Source of the DNA: Acidobacteriota bacterium
GTDB lineage: Bacteria; Acidobacteriota; CAIWXX01
Length of the DNA stretch: 64,000 nucleotides
Direction of reading: 5' to 3'
Assembly (NCBI GenBank): GCA_040755995.1
Contig: JBFMAF010000026.1
Location: 44,889-108,888 of the forward strand
Both the position numbers and the translations under genes were made by a program. Position 1 is the first letter of the stretch; each line of letters opens with the position of its first letter. Under the pieces are notes generated by a model that saw only the letters and a program-made list of their open reading frames with translations, did no database searches and had not been told where the DNA came from. This document shows, piece by piece, positions 10,101 to 18,502 of the stretch.

Positions 10101-10391
10101 CCACTCGTCCACGATCCGCGAAGAGAACTCGTCCCGGGCCGGTCCGCCGAGCAACCCGTTGCGGATCTCGATCAGGCGCTGCCGCAGCCGATGCCGCATC
10201 TCCGCCGTTGCGGCGCGCGTGTAGGTCACCACCAGGACCTGGTCGATCCGCAACCCGGCCTCCAGCAGCAGTCGCACCGCAATCGACGTGATCGTCCACG
10301 TCTTGCCGGTGCCGGCGCCGGCCTCGACCAGGTTCACTCCGGCAAGCGGCACGCTGTTGACGTCCAGGGCCGGCGTCGGGGCGCTTCTCAC
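7140..10391 (-). CDS. recB: Exodeoxyribonuclease V beta subunit
   Basis: EAGAGTGKT, DEFQDTD, GDPKQAIY, TVHSAKGLEF, YVALTRA and nuclease motif GFVDL...DYKSN. GTG start overlaps the recC stop. Confidence 0.97.
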   Translation of the reverse strand: MRSAPTPALDVNSVPLAGVNLVEAGAGTGKTWTITSIAVRLLLEAGLRIDQVLVVTYTRAATAEMRHRLRQRLIEIRNGLLGGPARDEFSSRIVDEWSSASQRAAGVRRLSDAIRNFDEARIYTIHGFCERVLGELSIETATPFDTDVIANEDDLVFQIADDYWRSTIYHAPLSAVSELVRKGVTVDRLLRYTSAHLGKPYLAVVGPAASSPVDTKRLRYDLFRYCDAELLRRKRRLGVRSYADLLNCLASALDGPAAPDLIAALRSRYPAALVDEFQDTDPVQYRIFERIYGGSGCPVFLVGDPKQAIYGFRGADVFSYLAAKPVAASCSTLTACRRSAPGLVDALNVLFQASPRPFLIDRIACDRATADPVERGELTIDGATGAALRIWLLRPEDDKLINKGEANRAVAEATAAEISRLLSLAGRGRAAIGERPLRGGDMAVLAPTHQQSKLVREALSRRNVPSVQCGQGSVYESREARELELVLGAIADPGNEPRVRAAMATELMGHTAADLYRLREDHAWELCSESFRAHHDLWRTKGFGRAFRAWLDGSRVAERLLGTYQDGERRLANVLHLGERLDSAASEHSTIEALMAWYATYRRRPDPRVDEELLRLESDASLVKLLTVHSAKGLEFPIVFCPFAWDGRLWARGEPDAAVLYHDPRRAGAPVIEIGGASEEGRRLAEVEKLAETMRVLYVALTRAKHRCYAVCGKIRGFERSGLAWLLYGRELTSDPAPVTSLIEMVKPAPAGDLESRLARIVGESSGAIALDPLPDFAEDYVAPPGGQLLAARVFGRTLEPTWSAMSYSSLVHRADDEARDHDAGLVRARPAEEPAAGTGILGFPRGPRAGSCLHAVFETLDFAITDRARLEGHVHEFLLRFGLGPEHAPVVADMVERVLDVALDGRSLRLRGIPASRRAAELEFLFTVNTRGADDLVRALTDPTNALHAANVTAARELDIGRMKGFMKGFVDLVIEHDGRFFILDYKSNWLGNSIEDYAPDRLLGAIAAEHYYLQYLIYTVALHRYLGLRLPDYDYERNFGGVFYLFLRGVRREHDNRFGVYFDRPARALVEALERALAGQK

Positions 10392-13300
10392 GCCGCCTCC
10401 TCGCTCTGGTGCTCGAAAAGCGGCCACAGGATCTTCACCGCAACCGACTCGAACTCGGCATCAAGCGGATCAGTGTCGCGGTACGTAAGAAGGTAATACG
10501 GATTCTCGCACTCACCTTGTCGCTCGCCGCGAGAGTAGCCCGGCGCATCCCACCTCTTACGGGCTTCCGCCAGCGCATCTTTGCCGTTCCACCGGGCCTC
10601 GACGTACGCATAAGATGACTTGACGAAGAACGGAAGCGGCACCCGCAGGCTGCTCCAGTAAAGCGCAAGCATGTCGGCCAATAGCGGCGCGGGCTCGGCG
10701 ACCGCATCGAATGCGAGCAGAAGAGGCCTGGTCTCCGCATCTAGTCCGATCCACCGGCTCCTCAGAGTCACTCCGTTAGGCCGAAGATGGCAGAGCACGA
10801 GGTGCCTTATCCAGAGTGCGAGCCGGTGACGAGGGCGTATCTCGTCGGGCTCGTATCCGAGAACCCCATCCGAGGAAACTCCATTCAGCCAGCCCGTGAG
10901 CTGGAGGCCATGCGCAGAGAACTGCACCGGAATCGGCGGGCCGACCGGTGGCCGTGCGAGCCGCTCGATGCTCCCGGCAAGCACCTCCACGACCTCGTGA
11001 ACTTGCGCATAGATCGCGTCGCCGAGGCTCCCGTGCGGCAACAGACCGGCCGCCGCCGATAGCTCGAACATGTCCGTGGCTCCTCTTGCGCCCAGTCTTT
11101 GCGCAAGGAGTGAGCCGAGCAGCTCCTGCCTCCGTATGTAGTCCAGATCGAACGGCTCCCGAGGCTCCAAGAAGTCCGGCGAGTAGGGGAGATCGATACC
11201 GACTCGCCGCTTCAACAGGTAGCGGGCGGGGTTGAGGTAGAAATAGATGAGGGCGTCGAGATCCACCGAGCGCATCTCCGGTTCGGGTTCGGGCAACGGC
11301 GACGTGAAGAGCGGCGCGCCTCGAAGCCGACCGGTGCCTGCGGCGAGACTCGCCGCGCAGTTCGCGGCCGAGTAGCTGACGAACCTCGGGTCGCCCTTGA
11401 AGTACTCAGGGTTAAACGCCTGTAGCGGGTGGCGTGTCACCACGCGATCGACCGCGTCGCTCCCGTCTTCGGTGCGGAAGCCGGCGCGGATGTAGTCGAG
11501 CAGCTCTGCAAGGACCACCGACGGAGGCCGTTCAGTGTTGTCCCGGATGTCGGCTCCGACGTAGCTCAGATACAGCGCCTCGCGGGCGGCGCAGATAGTC
11601 TGCAGGAATGACCAGCGATCATCGTCGCGTGCAGAGAAATCGGTTGGGCGCGGCGACTGCTGCGTGAGGTCGAAGCTGAGGCCGGCTGGACGGCGAGGAA
11701 AGTCGTCGTCGTTGAGACCGATGATGCAGATGAGTCTGGCCGGAGCGGGGAATGCGGTGTGGATGCCGGCGAAGGTCACCTTGCCTGTCGGGAAGGGGCC
11801 TCGTTGAGACGCCTCGACGAGACGATCCTGGAGCCACATGCGGATGAGGTCGAACGACGTCGGAGTCGTGAAGTCCGCCAGGCGGGTGTCCGAGTCCAGG
11901 CGGTCGATGCAGTTGCGGATGACCTGTGCCGATGGTTCCTCGGCGTCGGCAGGAAGGAACATCGATTGGAAGAGCTCGCGGATTGCGATCGTCCAGTCAT
12001 GCGGCGGCTTCTCGCCTTCGAGCCCGCCGAGGGCACTGCAGAGGACCCCGTAGTAAGTCGCGAAGCGGCCCAGTTGATCCGCCGTGCCCCCCTCGATGTC
12101 GCCATATGGGAGGATCCCGGAGAAGAGAGGTGATGCAGCGCCGGTGTGGTCTCCGGGGAGCGCGAAGCCGAGCAGCATGCGGTCGAGGCCGAATCGCCAC
12201 GTATGATGATGAATCGCAGGGAGACCGAAAGTCTCCTTGTGGGCTCCGTCCTTGCCCCATCGTACGCCCGATTCTCGCAGCCACCGCCGGATGAGCGGCA
12301 GCGAGCAGGCCTCCAGGCCGAACCGCCGCTGGACGGCGGGGCACTCGAGCGGCTCCAGCACGCGATCCACCGGGAAGCGGCTCCCGGCCAGCTCGAGGAT
12401 GGAGACGAAGGCGCCGACGAGCGAGTCGGGCCGCGCCGGCACGCGATCGACGATCGAGTACGGAACGTACGGCTCTCCTTCGCGCTGGTGGAACACAACA
12501 TCGACGAGGGGGGCGTATGTATCCGGCTTCGTCATGAGAACGAGCACGCCGGCGGGTTCGAGCCTGGGATCGCTGTCGAACATGGCGAGAAGCTGGTCGT
12601 GGAGCACCTCTAACTCGCGCATCGGGCTGTGACACGCATGCACCTGCACAGACGCATCCCCGGCCCGCACGGTCGCCGCGGTCTTGCCCGTGCGCTCGAA
12701 TCCGCGAAGGACGTCGGACTGGAGCCTCCGGAGGAGGCTCGACTGCCCGGGGTCGGCGTGGCCCGCGCCGGCCCGGATGTTGGCGACTTCCAGCGCCGTT
12801 TCCACGAGCACGAGATGATGCGCCCCGAGAGCTGAGAGAAGACTGTTGCCCGTCGTGGGTTCCGCGGAATCATCGGAGTTGCCGGTCGCGTTCGGCCCGA
12901 ATGGCGTCCAGATGTACTGGATGACACTTACGTGCCGCGCTATCTCGCCGAAGACTTCCTGGTCGGCGGGCGGAACCGAGTGTGTCCCGAAGATCATGAC
13001 GCGCTGCGGCATCTCGCGCACGCGGCCTCCGGCCCGCATGGCCTCGATCAGCGCGCGGCGCCGGCGAGCCGGGTCGGCGTCGGGATGCCCGGCCAGCAGT
13101 GTGCGCCAGAGATCCGCCTGCCACGCCTCGTCGGGTCCGAGCCCGAGCGTCCGGCCTCCCTTCCAAGACTCGACCCAATCAGGTCTATGGAGCGAGTACG
13201 TGAGAAGGAGGCTGGCCGCGCGTTCGGCCAGTCGACAGAGATCGCGCTCCGAGGCCGTGTCGACATACGACCTGAGCGCCGGTGACCCGCTGCTCGCCGA

Positions 13301-13603
13301 TACCGCGCGCAGGCAGCCCAGCACCCTCCACGCAAGCACCTCTTCCGAGAACAGCTCTTCGTCGTCGCGATCGCCAAGCACCGCGCGAGCGTACTCGCGC
13401 ACACAGTGCGACGGTGAGATGAAGCGCACGTTCGAGCAGACGCCGTTGCGCCGCGCGATCTCAACCGCGAGCCACTGGCCCATGGCGACGCCGTCGACCA
13501 CCACGGTCTCAGGCGTGAGCGGTGCTTCGACGGGCCGGCTCAGCTCTCGCGCTATCTGATCAGCGAGATTCTCAAGCCTGCTCGACTGCCAGACCTTGTA
13601 CAT
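10388..13603 (-). CDS. recC: Exodeoxyribonuclease V gamma subunit
   Basis: SSRLENLA, MGQWL, HACHSPMRELEVLHDQL, GVRWG, TWRFGLDRMLLGFA, HPLQAF. Confidence 0.96.
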   Translation of the reverse strand: MYKVWQSSRLENLADQIARELSRPVEAPLTPETVVVDGVAMGQWLAVEIARRNGVCSNVRFISPSHCVREYARAVLGDRDDEELFSEEVLAWRVLGCLRAVSASSGSPALRSYVDTASERDLCRLAERAASLLLTYSLHRPDWVESWKGGRTLGLGPDEAWQADLWRTLLAGHPDADPARRRRALIEAMRAGGRVREMPQRVMIFGTHSVPPADQEVFGEIARHVSVIQYIWTPFGPNATGNSDDSAEPTTGNSLLSALGAHHLVLVETALEVANIRAGAGHADPGQSSLLRRLQSDVLRGFERTGKTAATVRAGDASVQVHACHSPMRELEVLHDQLLAMFDSDPRLEPAGVLVLMTKPDTYAPLVDVVFHQREGEPYVPYSIVDRVPARPDSLVGAFVSILELAGSRFPVDRVLEPLECPAVQRRFGLEACSLPLIRRWLRESGVRWGKDGAHKETFGLPAIHHHTWRFGLDRMLLGFALPGDHTGAASPLFSGILPYGDIEGGTADQLGRFATYYGVLCSALGGLEGEKPPHDWTIAIRELFQSMFLPADAEEPSAQVIRNCIDRLDSDTRLADFTTPTSFDLIRMWLQDRLVEASQRGPFPTGKVTFAGIHTAFPAPARLICIIGLNDDDFPRRPAGLSFDLTQQSPRPTDFSARDDDRWSFLQTICAAREALYLSYVGADIRDNTERPPSVVLAELLDYIRAGFRTEDGSDAVDRVVTRHPLQAFNPEYFKGDPRFVSYSAANCAASLAAGTGRLRGAPLFTSPLPEPEPEMRSVDLDALIYFYLNPARYLLKRRVGIDLPYSPDFLEPREPFDLDYIRRQELLGSLLAQRLGARGATDMFELSAAAGLLPHGSLGDAIYAQVHEVVEVLAGSIERLARPPVGPPIPVQFSAHGLQLTGWLNGVSSDGVLGYEPDEIRPRHRLALWIRHLVLCHLRPNGVTLRSRWIGLDAETRPLLLAFDAVAEPAPLLADMLALYWSSLRVPLPFFVKSSYAYVEARWNGKDALAEARKRWDAPGYSRGERQGECENPYYLLTYRDTDPLDAEFESVAVKILWPLFEHQSEEAA

Positions 13604-13705
13604 GCTTCAATGAGGGTCCGGTTCAGGACCGGGGGAGCCGGGGTGTTTCGCAACTGACGCAGAGACTCGGCGAGGGGAGGACGCGGGCAAGCGACAGCGT
13701 GCAGA

Positions 13706-14464
13706 TCACCTGGCGCGGGTCTCCTCGGCGGGTGCGGTGAACACCGTGTTCCAGACGTGGTACATCACCATGACCTGCTTGGCATCGGCGCTGATCATCA
13801 GACGCCTATCCGGCTTGTCCAGGACGAGCCGGGTGGAGAGCCCGGGCATGCCGTCGTTCCGGCTCTCGCGCCAGCCGCGCGCGAGCAGCGTGCTCCGGAA
13901 TTCATCCATCGGGCGATTGCAGTCGCCTCTGCACTCGTACCACGCCGCGACTCCGGATGCAGAAAACACCGCGATCGGGTGAATGTCGCGTCTGACTTCT
14001 TTGAACACTGGTGGAATGGGGCAGTCTCTGTCGAACCGGACGCTGAGGTGTGCCTGGCGGATCGAGATCGGGCCCGCAACGACCGCCGGAAAGCCGGCGC
14101 CCGCGATGAGCGCGACCGCCCAGGTCGAAAGTAGCGGTTTGGATCTGAGGCGGCCGACGACTGCGCCTGCGACGACACCGATCGGGACCAGCGCGAACAA
14201 CATCACCATGAACCACCACGTCGTCAACAGGAGGCAGACCGAGACCAGCAGCAGTCCGGTGCATGCCCCTATGGCGGCGCCTGATGCCGCGCGGGGGAAG
14301 AGCCTGTACAGGAGCACCCAGCCGGCGAGGTTGGCGAGGCAGACGGCAGAGCGTGTCAGTACCGGAGCCGGAGAATCGCCTGGGACTGGAATCCATATGA
14401 AGACCGTAACCAGGCTGGCGATCACGCACCAGGCTACGATGAGCAACGCTCCACAGGCCCTCAT
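13706..14464 (-). CDS. Hypothetical membrane protein
   Basis: About five hydrophobic segments followed by a soluble tail. Start uncertain (the ORF extends to 14509). Confidence 0.55.
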   Translation of the reverse strand: MRACGALLIVAWCVIASLVTVFIWIPVPGDSPAPVLTRSAVCLANLAGWVLLYRLFPRAASGAAIGACTGLLLVSVCLLLTTWWFMVMLFALVPIGVVAGAVVGRLRSKPLLSTWAVALIAGAGFPAVVAGPISIRQAHLSVRFDRDCPIPPVFKEVRRDIHPIAVFSASGVAAWYECRGDCNRPMDEFRSTLLARGWRESRNDGMPGLSTRLVLDKPDRRLMISADAKQVMVMYHVWNTVFTAPAEETRAR

Positions 14465-14493
14465 CGGCCCGGCAAGCGAGGGGAAGGAGCTCT

Positions 14494-14558
14494 CTATACA
14501 GCGCGTCATAAGTTCACGACAGATTCGACGAGTAGACGCAGTGCATGACGCGCTGTAT
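14494..14558. repeat. Palindromic dispersed element, copy 1
   Basis: CTATACAGCGCGTCATA...CATGACGCGCTGTAT, homologous to 48829-48897. Confidence 0.85.
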
Positions 14559-14632
14559 CCGCGGGGATGGCCTCAGGCTTTGCATCTGCGGCCATTCGGC
14601 CGCGCAAGGCCTCCCCCGGAACCCCCACGCGC

Positions 14633-14660
14633 ATACAGCGCGACTAGTGTCGCGCTGTAT
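14633..14660. repeat. Short hairpin variant of the same element
   Basis: ATACAGCGCGAC-TAGT-GTCGCGCTGTAT, a perfect 12-bp inverted repeat. Confidence 0.75.
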
Positions 14661-14684
14661 AACCAGCCCTGCCGCCCACCTGCC

Positions 14685-14722
14685 CCACTCTCCACTCTCT
14701 ACTCTCCACTCTCCACTCTCCC
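14685..14722. repeat. Heptamer tandem repeat (CTCTCCA/CTCTCTA)n
   Basis: About five units over the pepT 3' end. Related tracts at 16034-16054 and 46006-46037. Confidence 0.8.
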
Positions 14723-16006
14723 TTGGGGCACCGACCGTTCGACCCAGATCTGCAGCAGGTGGAGTGTGGTCTCGGTGGCCTTGGCCATCCAGTCCAGCGA
14801 CACCCACTCCTGCACCGAGTGGAAGCTCTGCCCGCCGGCCCAGATGTTCGGGGTGAGCAGTCCCATGAAGCAGAGGCGGGCGCCGTCTGTGCCGCCGCGG
14901 ATCGCCTTGCAGACGGGCTCCAGTCCAAGCCGCCGCACTGCGTCGAGGGCGTACTCGAGCACCTTCGAATCCTCGGCGATCTTGTACGACATGTTGCGGT
15001 ATGACTCCTTGATCTCGATCGCGATGTGCACGGCGGGGAAGTCCGCGTCGACGCCGCTGACGATGTCGCGCAGGCACTGCTCGCGCTGGTGCAGCTCCTC
15101 CTCTGTGAATGCGCGCACGAGCAGCTTCAGATCGATCCTGGTCACGTCGCCCTTCATGTCATAGGGGTGCAGATACGGCTGCCGGTGCTCGGTGGTCTCC
15201 GGCAGGAATTCGCGCGGCAATCGATCCACGATGGCCGAGGCCACGCGCACCGCGTTGACCATCTTCCCCTTGGCATAGCCCGGGTGGACGTCATGCCCTT
15301 CGATCGTGACAATCGCCGTGTCGGCGCAGAACGTCTCGTTCTCGATCTCGGCCAGGTCCGACCCGTCCAGAGTGTACGCGTAGGCGGCGCCAAACCCGGC
15401 GACGTCGAAGTGCTCTGTACCTCGTCCCACCTCTTCGTCCGGAGTGAAGGCGATACGGACTCGACCGTGCAGGAATTCCGGGTGTTTCCGCATCCAGTCC
15501 ACGGCTGTCATGATCTCGGCCACACCCGCCTTGTCGTCGGCGCCCAAGAGTGTGGTCCCGTCCGAAGTGATCAGGGTCTGTCCCACGCAGCGCTGGAGGT
15601 TTGGGTTCTCCGAGACTTTGAGCACCTGCCGCGTGTCTCCCGGCAAGATGATGTCTTCGCCGTGATACGTCTCGATCACCTGGGGCTTGACGCCTGCCCC
15701 GAGTGTCGCGTGATACGTATCGACGTGCGCAATCAGTCCGATGGTTGGAGTGGTATCTGCCGCCGGGTGTCCCACCGGTAGGTTACTCGGAACCGAAGCG
15801 TAGACGTATCCCCATTCGTCCATCGATGCGTCATCGCAGCCCAGCTCCTGGAGCTCGCCGGCGAGTAGCTTAGCGAGTTCTTTCTGCTTCTCGGTGGACG
15901 GGCTGCTGGTCGAGTTCTCATCCGACTGTGTGTCGATCTGGACGTAGCGCAGGAAACGATCGAGCAGCGTCCTGCGATCCGTGGCGTCAAGTACCATCTC
16001 TGCCAT
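14699..16006 (-). CDS. pepT: Peptidase T (tripeptide aminopeptidase)
   Basis: RFLRYVQIDTQSDE, AHVDT, DGTTLLGADDKAG, FTPDEEVG, HPGYAKGKMVNA, IRGGTDG. Confidence 0.96.
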   Translation of the reverse strand: MAEMVLDATDRRTLLDRFLRYVQIDTQSDENSTSSPSTEKQKELAKLLAGELQELGCDDASMDEWGYVYASVPSNLPVGHPAADTTPTIGLIAHVDTYHATLGAGVKPQVIETYHGEDIILPGDTRQVLKVSENPNLQRCVGQTLITSDGTTLLGADDKAGVAEIMTAVDWMRKHPEFLHGRVRIAFTPDEEVGRGTEHFDVAGFGAAYAYTLDGSDLAEIENETFCADTAIVTIEGHDVHPGYAKGKMVNAVRVASAIVDRLPREFLPETTEHRQPYLHPYDMKGDVTRIDLKLLVRAFTEEELHQREQCLRDIVSGVDADFPAVHIAIEIKESYRNMSYKIAEDSKVLEYALDAVRRLGLEPVCKAIRGGTDGARLCFMGLLTPNIWAGGQSFHSVQEWVSLDWMAKATETTLHLLQIWVERSVPQGRVESGE

Positions 16007-16040
16007 GTGCGATCTCCCTCAGTGCCTGTAGTGCCACTGT

Positions 16041-16769
16041 CTACTCTCTACTCTTCGGCCGGGCGGGGGCGGCGGGCAGCGTGGCCAGGGCGCGGCTGGC
16101 GGCCATCTGTTCGGCCGACTTGATAGACGATCCTTCACCCTTCGCCACGACCTCGGCTCCCAGCAGCATCTCCACGTTGAATCGTCTCGCGTGGGCGGGG
16201 CCGGTGGTCCTGCTCACACGATAGCGGGGCGTGCTCCCGAGCTCCCTCTGGAATACCTCCTGGGCCTCTGTCTTCGGGTCGACCGCCACCGCCACCTCGC
16301 CGTCGCTCCAGTGGTTCAGCAAGAACCTGCGGGCCGCCTTCAGCCCGCCGTCGAGGTACACGGCGCCGATGACCGCCTCTACGCAATTCTCAAGAATCTT
16401 TCGCTTGTGACTGCCCCCGGTCTTTTTCTCGCCGCGTCCCAGCAGGATGTACTCGGAAATCCCAAGCCGCTCTGCGAGTCGCAGCAACCCATCGCCGCTG
16501 ACCAGGGCGGCGCGCTGCTTGGTCATCACGCCCTCACTGCCGGCGCCCTCGTGCGAGAAAAGATACTCCGTAGCCACCAGCTGGAGCACCGCGTCACCAA
16601 GGAACTCGAGCCTCTCGTTGTCGACGGTGTTCTTGTGCTCACGGGCATACGACGAATGGGTCAGCGCCTCGATGAGCAAGGCGCGGTCCTTGAACTTCCG
16701 CCCGAGCTTCTTCTCGATAAGGTCGATGGGCGACGGTTTGCTGAGAAGTCTCTTGATTATCCCGATCAA
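16041..16769 (-). CDS. rnc: Ribonuclease III
   Basis: ALTHSSY, NERLEFLGDAVL, EAVIGAVYLDGG and a C-terminal dsRBD. Confidence 0.96.
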   Translation of the reverse strand: MIGIIKRLLSKPSPIDLIEKKLGRKFKDRALLIEALTHSSYAREHKNTVDNERLEFLGDAVLQLVATEYLFSHEGAGSEGVMTKQRAALVSGDGLLRLAERLGISEYILLGRGEKKTGGSHKRKILENCVEAVIGAVYLDGGLKAARRFLLNHWSDGEVAVAVDPKTEAQEVFQRELGSTPRYRVSRTTGPAHARRFNVEMLLGAEVVAKGEGSSIKSAEQMAASRALATLPAAPARPKSRE

Positions 16770-16803
16770 CTGGATCTTCCTTGCGCCACGGCCGGGTCTC
16801 CCA

Positions 16804-18045
16804 TCAGAGCGGCATCGTCGGCGTGTAGATCACCACCGTGTTCTTGCCTCGATTCTTCGCGCGGAGCAGGGCCTTCTGGGCGCGTTGCAGCAGCTCGTCT
16901 CCAAACGTCGGCTCTTCTGGCATGTGCTCCGCGATTCCCACCGAGATCGTCCTCTGGACCTCCGCATGGGATTCCTCGATCTTCACTTGCATCGACTCGA
17001 CGTGCGCGCGGAGGTTCTCGGCCACGATCATGGCCTTCTCCGAGGAAGTGTCCGGGAGCATCACAATGAACTCCTCGCCGGCGCTACGGCACGCCACATC
17101 GCTCTTCCGCAACTTCGCTCGCAACGCCGACGCGATGCTCTGGATCACCTCGTTGCCCGCCTCGTCACCCCACTGGTCATTGACCTGCTTCAACCCGTCG
17201 ATGTCGATCTGGAGGACGCTGAACGGATTCCCCGTCCTCCGGCTTCTGCGCATTTCCTCCCCCAGGCGAGACTCGAAGAACGAAAAACGCATGAAACCCG
17301 TATGCGGGTCCAGCGCCTCGGCCTCCAGCAGCAGCAGCGCGTCCAGTGCCGCCGCGCCGTGAGACACCACCGCCCTCAGCAACTCCTCGTCACCATGCGC
17401 AACCAACGTACTCGAAGAAGAGAGCACGAAGCCGATCAACCGGTTCCGGTTCACAAGCGGGAGAAGATGCTTGAGGCCGTAGGCGGAGTCGACGCGCCGG
17501 AGCGTCTCGGTGTTGCGCGTGTTGCCCGGCTTCACCGCATCCCGCAACGGGACCGTCGCTCCCTGGGCGCCCTTCCTTTCCTCGAAGAACCCCTGGAAGA
17601 ACTGGTCGGATCGCTTGAAGACCACCCCGTCCACGTCTCTCGCGAGGCCCTCGCCGCTGGAACGGCGGCAGACATACCGGTTCTTCTCTTCATCCAGCAC
17701 GAACAGCACCGCGCGCTCCCAGCCGACAACCGCGGCAAGCCGTTCGGTCAGCAGGTAATAAAGCGTGGACGCCTCGTTGAGCGTCGCGATCTCGTCGGAA
17801 AGCTCCCTGAGGTCGTCACGAGTGGACCCCTGGGCGGCGCGCCGCCGGACCGAGCGCATCACACCCATCACCAGCTCTCGGGCGAAGAACGCAAGCAATG
17901 CGCCGAATCCGAATGCGGCAAACCACAATGCCGCCAGTTGGCCGCGGGGCATGTCGCTGAGCAGAGCGCTGACGAGCATATAGCCGGCTGCTGCCAGCGC
18001 AACCAACACAGTGAACGTAGTGATGATCGGAGTCACCTCTATCAT
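16804..18045 (-). CDS. Membrane-anchored GAF + GGDEF domain protein
   Basis: Two N-terminal TM segments. DIDGLKQVNDQWG, RKSD I-site, active-site motif reads AGEEF. Confidence 0.88.
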   Translation of the reverse strand: MIEVTPIITTFTVLVALAAAGYMLVSALLSDMPRGQLAALWFAAFGFGALLAFFARELVMGVMRSVRRRAAQGSTRDDLRELSDEIATLNEASTLYYLLTERLAAVVGWERAVLFVLDEEKNRYVCRRSSGEGLARDVDGVVFKRSDQFFQGFFEERKGAQGATVPLRDAVKPGNTRNTETLRRVDSAYGLKHLLPLVNRNRLIGFVLSSSSTLVAHGDEELLRAVVSHGAAALDALLLLEAEALDPHTGFMRFSFFESRLGEEMRRSRRTGNPFSVLQIDIDGLKQVNDQWGDEAGNEVIQSIASALRAKLRKSDVACRSAGEEFIVMLPDTSSEKAMIVAENLRAHVESMQVKIEESHAEVQRTISVGIAEHMPEEPTFGDELLQRAQKALLRAKNRGKNTVVIYTPTMPL

Positions 18046-18214
18046 TACACCCTAACCGTCCGCGAAATTCAACTGCCCGCGTGCAAGACGCTAGCGTGGG
18101 GGCACGAGGGTGGGGTGGTACCGGTTGCGCCTGTGGCACAGCTCGCGGCCAACTGCGCAGTCCTGCCCCCTTTTCGCGGCACCCGGGCGGCGCGGGCGCG
18201 GATGACAGCCGGAG

Positions 18215-18403
18215 CTACGCAGCGGCCGGGGTCACAACCGCGAGCTTGCCAACGATGCCTTCGATGAGCTTCTGCCGAGAGTGCAGCTCCACCTTCAAGT
18301 CGTGGTCGTCCGTGTGGTGGATCTCCTCCTTCAGGTCCACGAGATCCGACTTGAGCAGATCTCGCAGGATCTCAGCCTCATCCTGGGTGAGCTCGATTCT
18401 CAT
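18215..18403 (-). CDS. Small hypothetical protein
   Basis: 62 aa, helical, AAGGAGG RBS upstream. Confidence 0.7.
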   Translation of the reverse strand: MRIELTQDEAEILRDLLKSDLVDLKEEIHHTDDHDLKVELHSRQKLIEGIVGKLAVVTPAAA

Positions 18404-18502
18404 TTCAGCCTCCTTGCGAGGGCCTCTACAGACAAAATATAGGGCGCGGACGCGCCATATTCAAGGTGGCTGGAACCGTAATACCCGAACCGTGTCCGCG
18501 GG

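Noticed and set aside
16447..18267. 606-aa plus-strand ORF
   Set aside because: Antisense shadow of the GGDEF and rnc genes with no motifs; typical of high-GC DNA.
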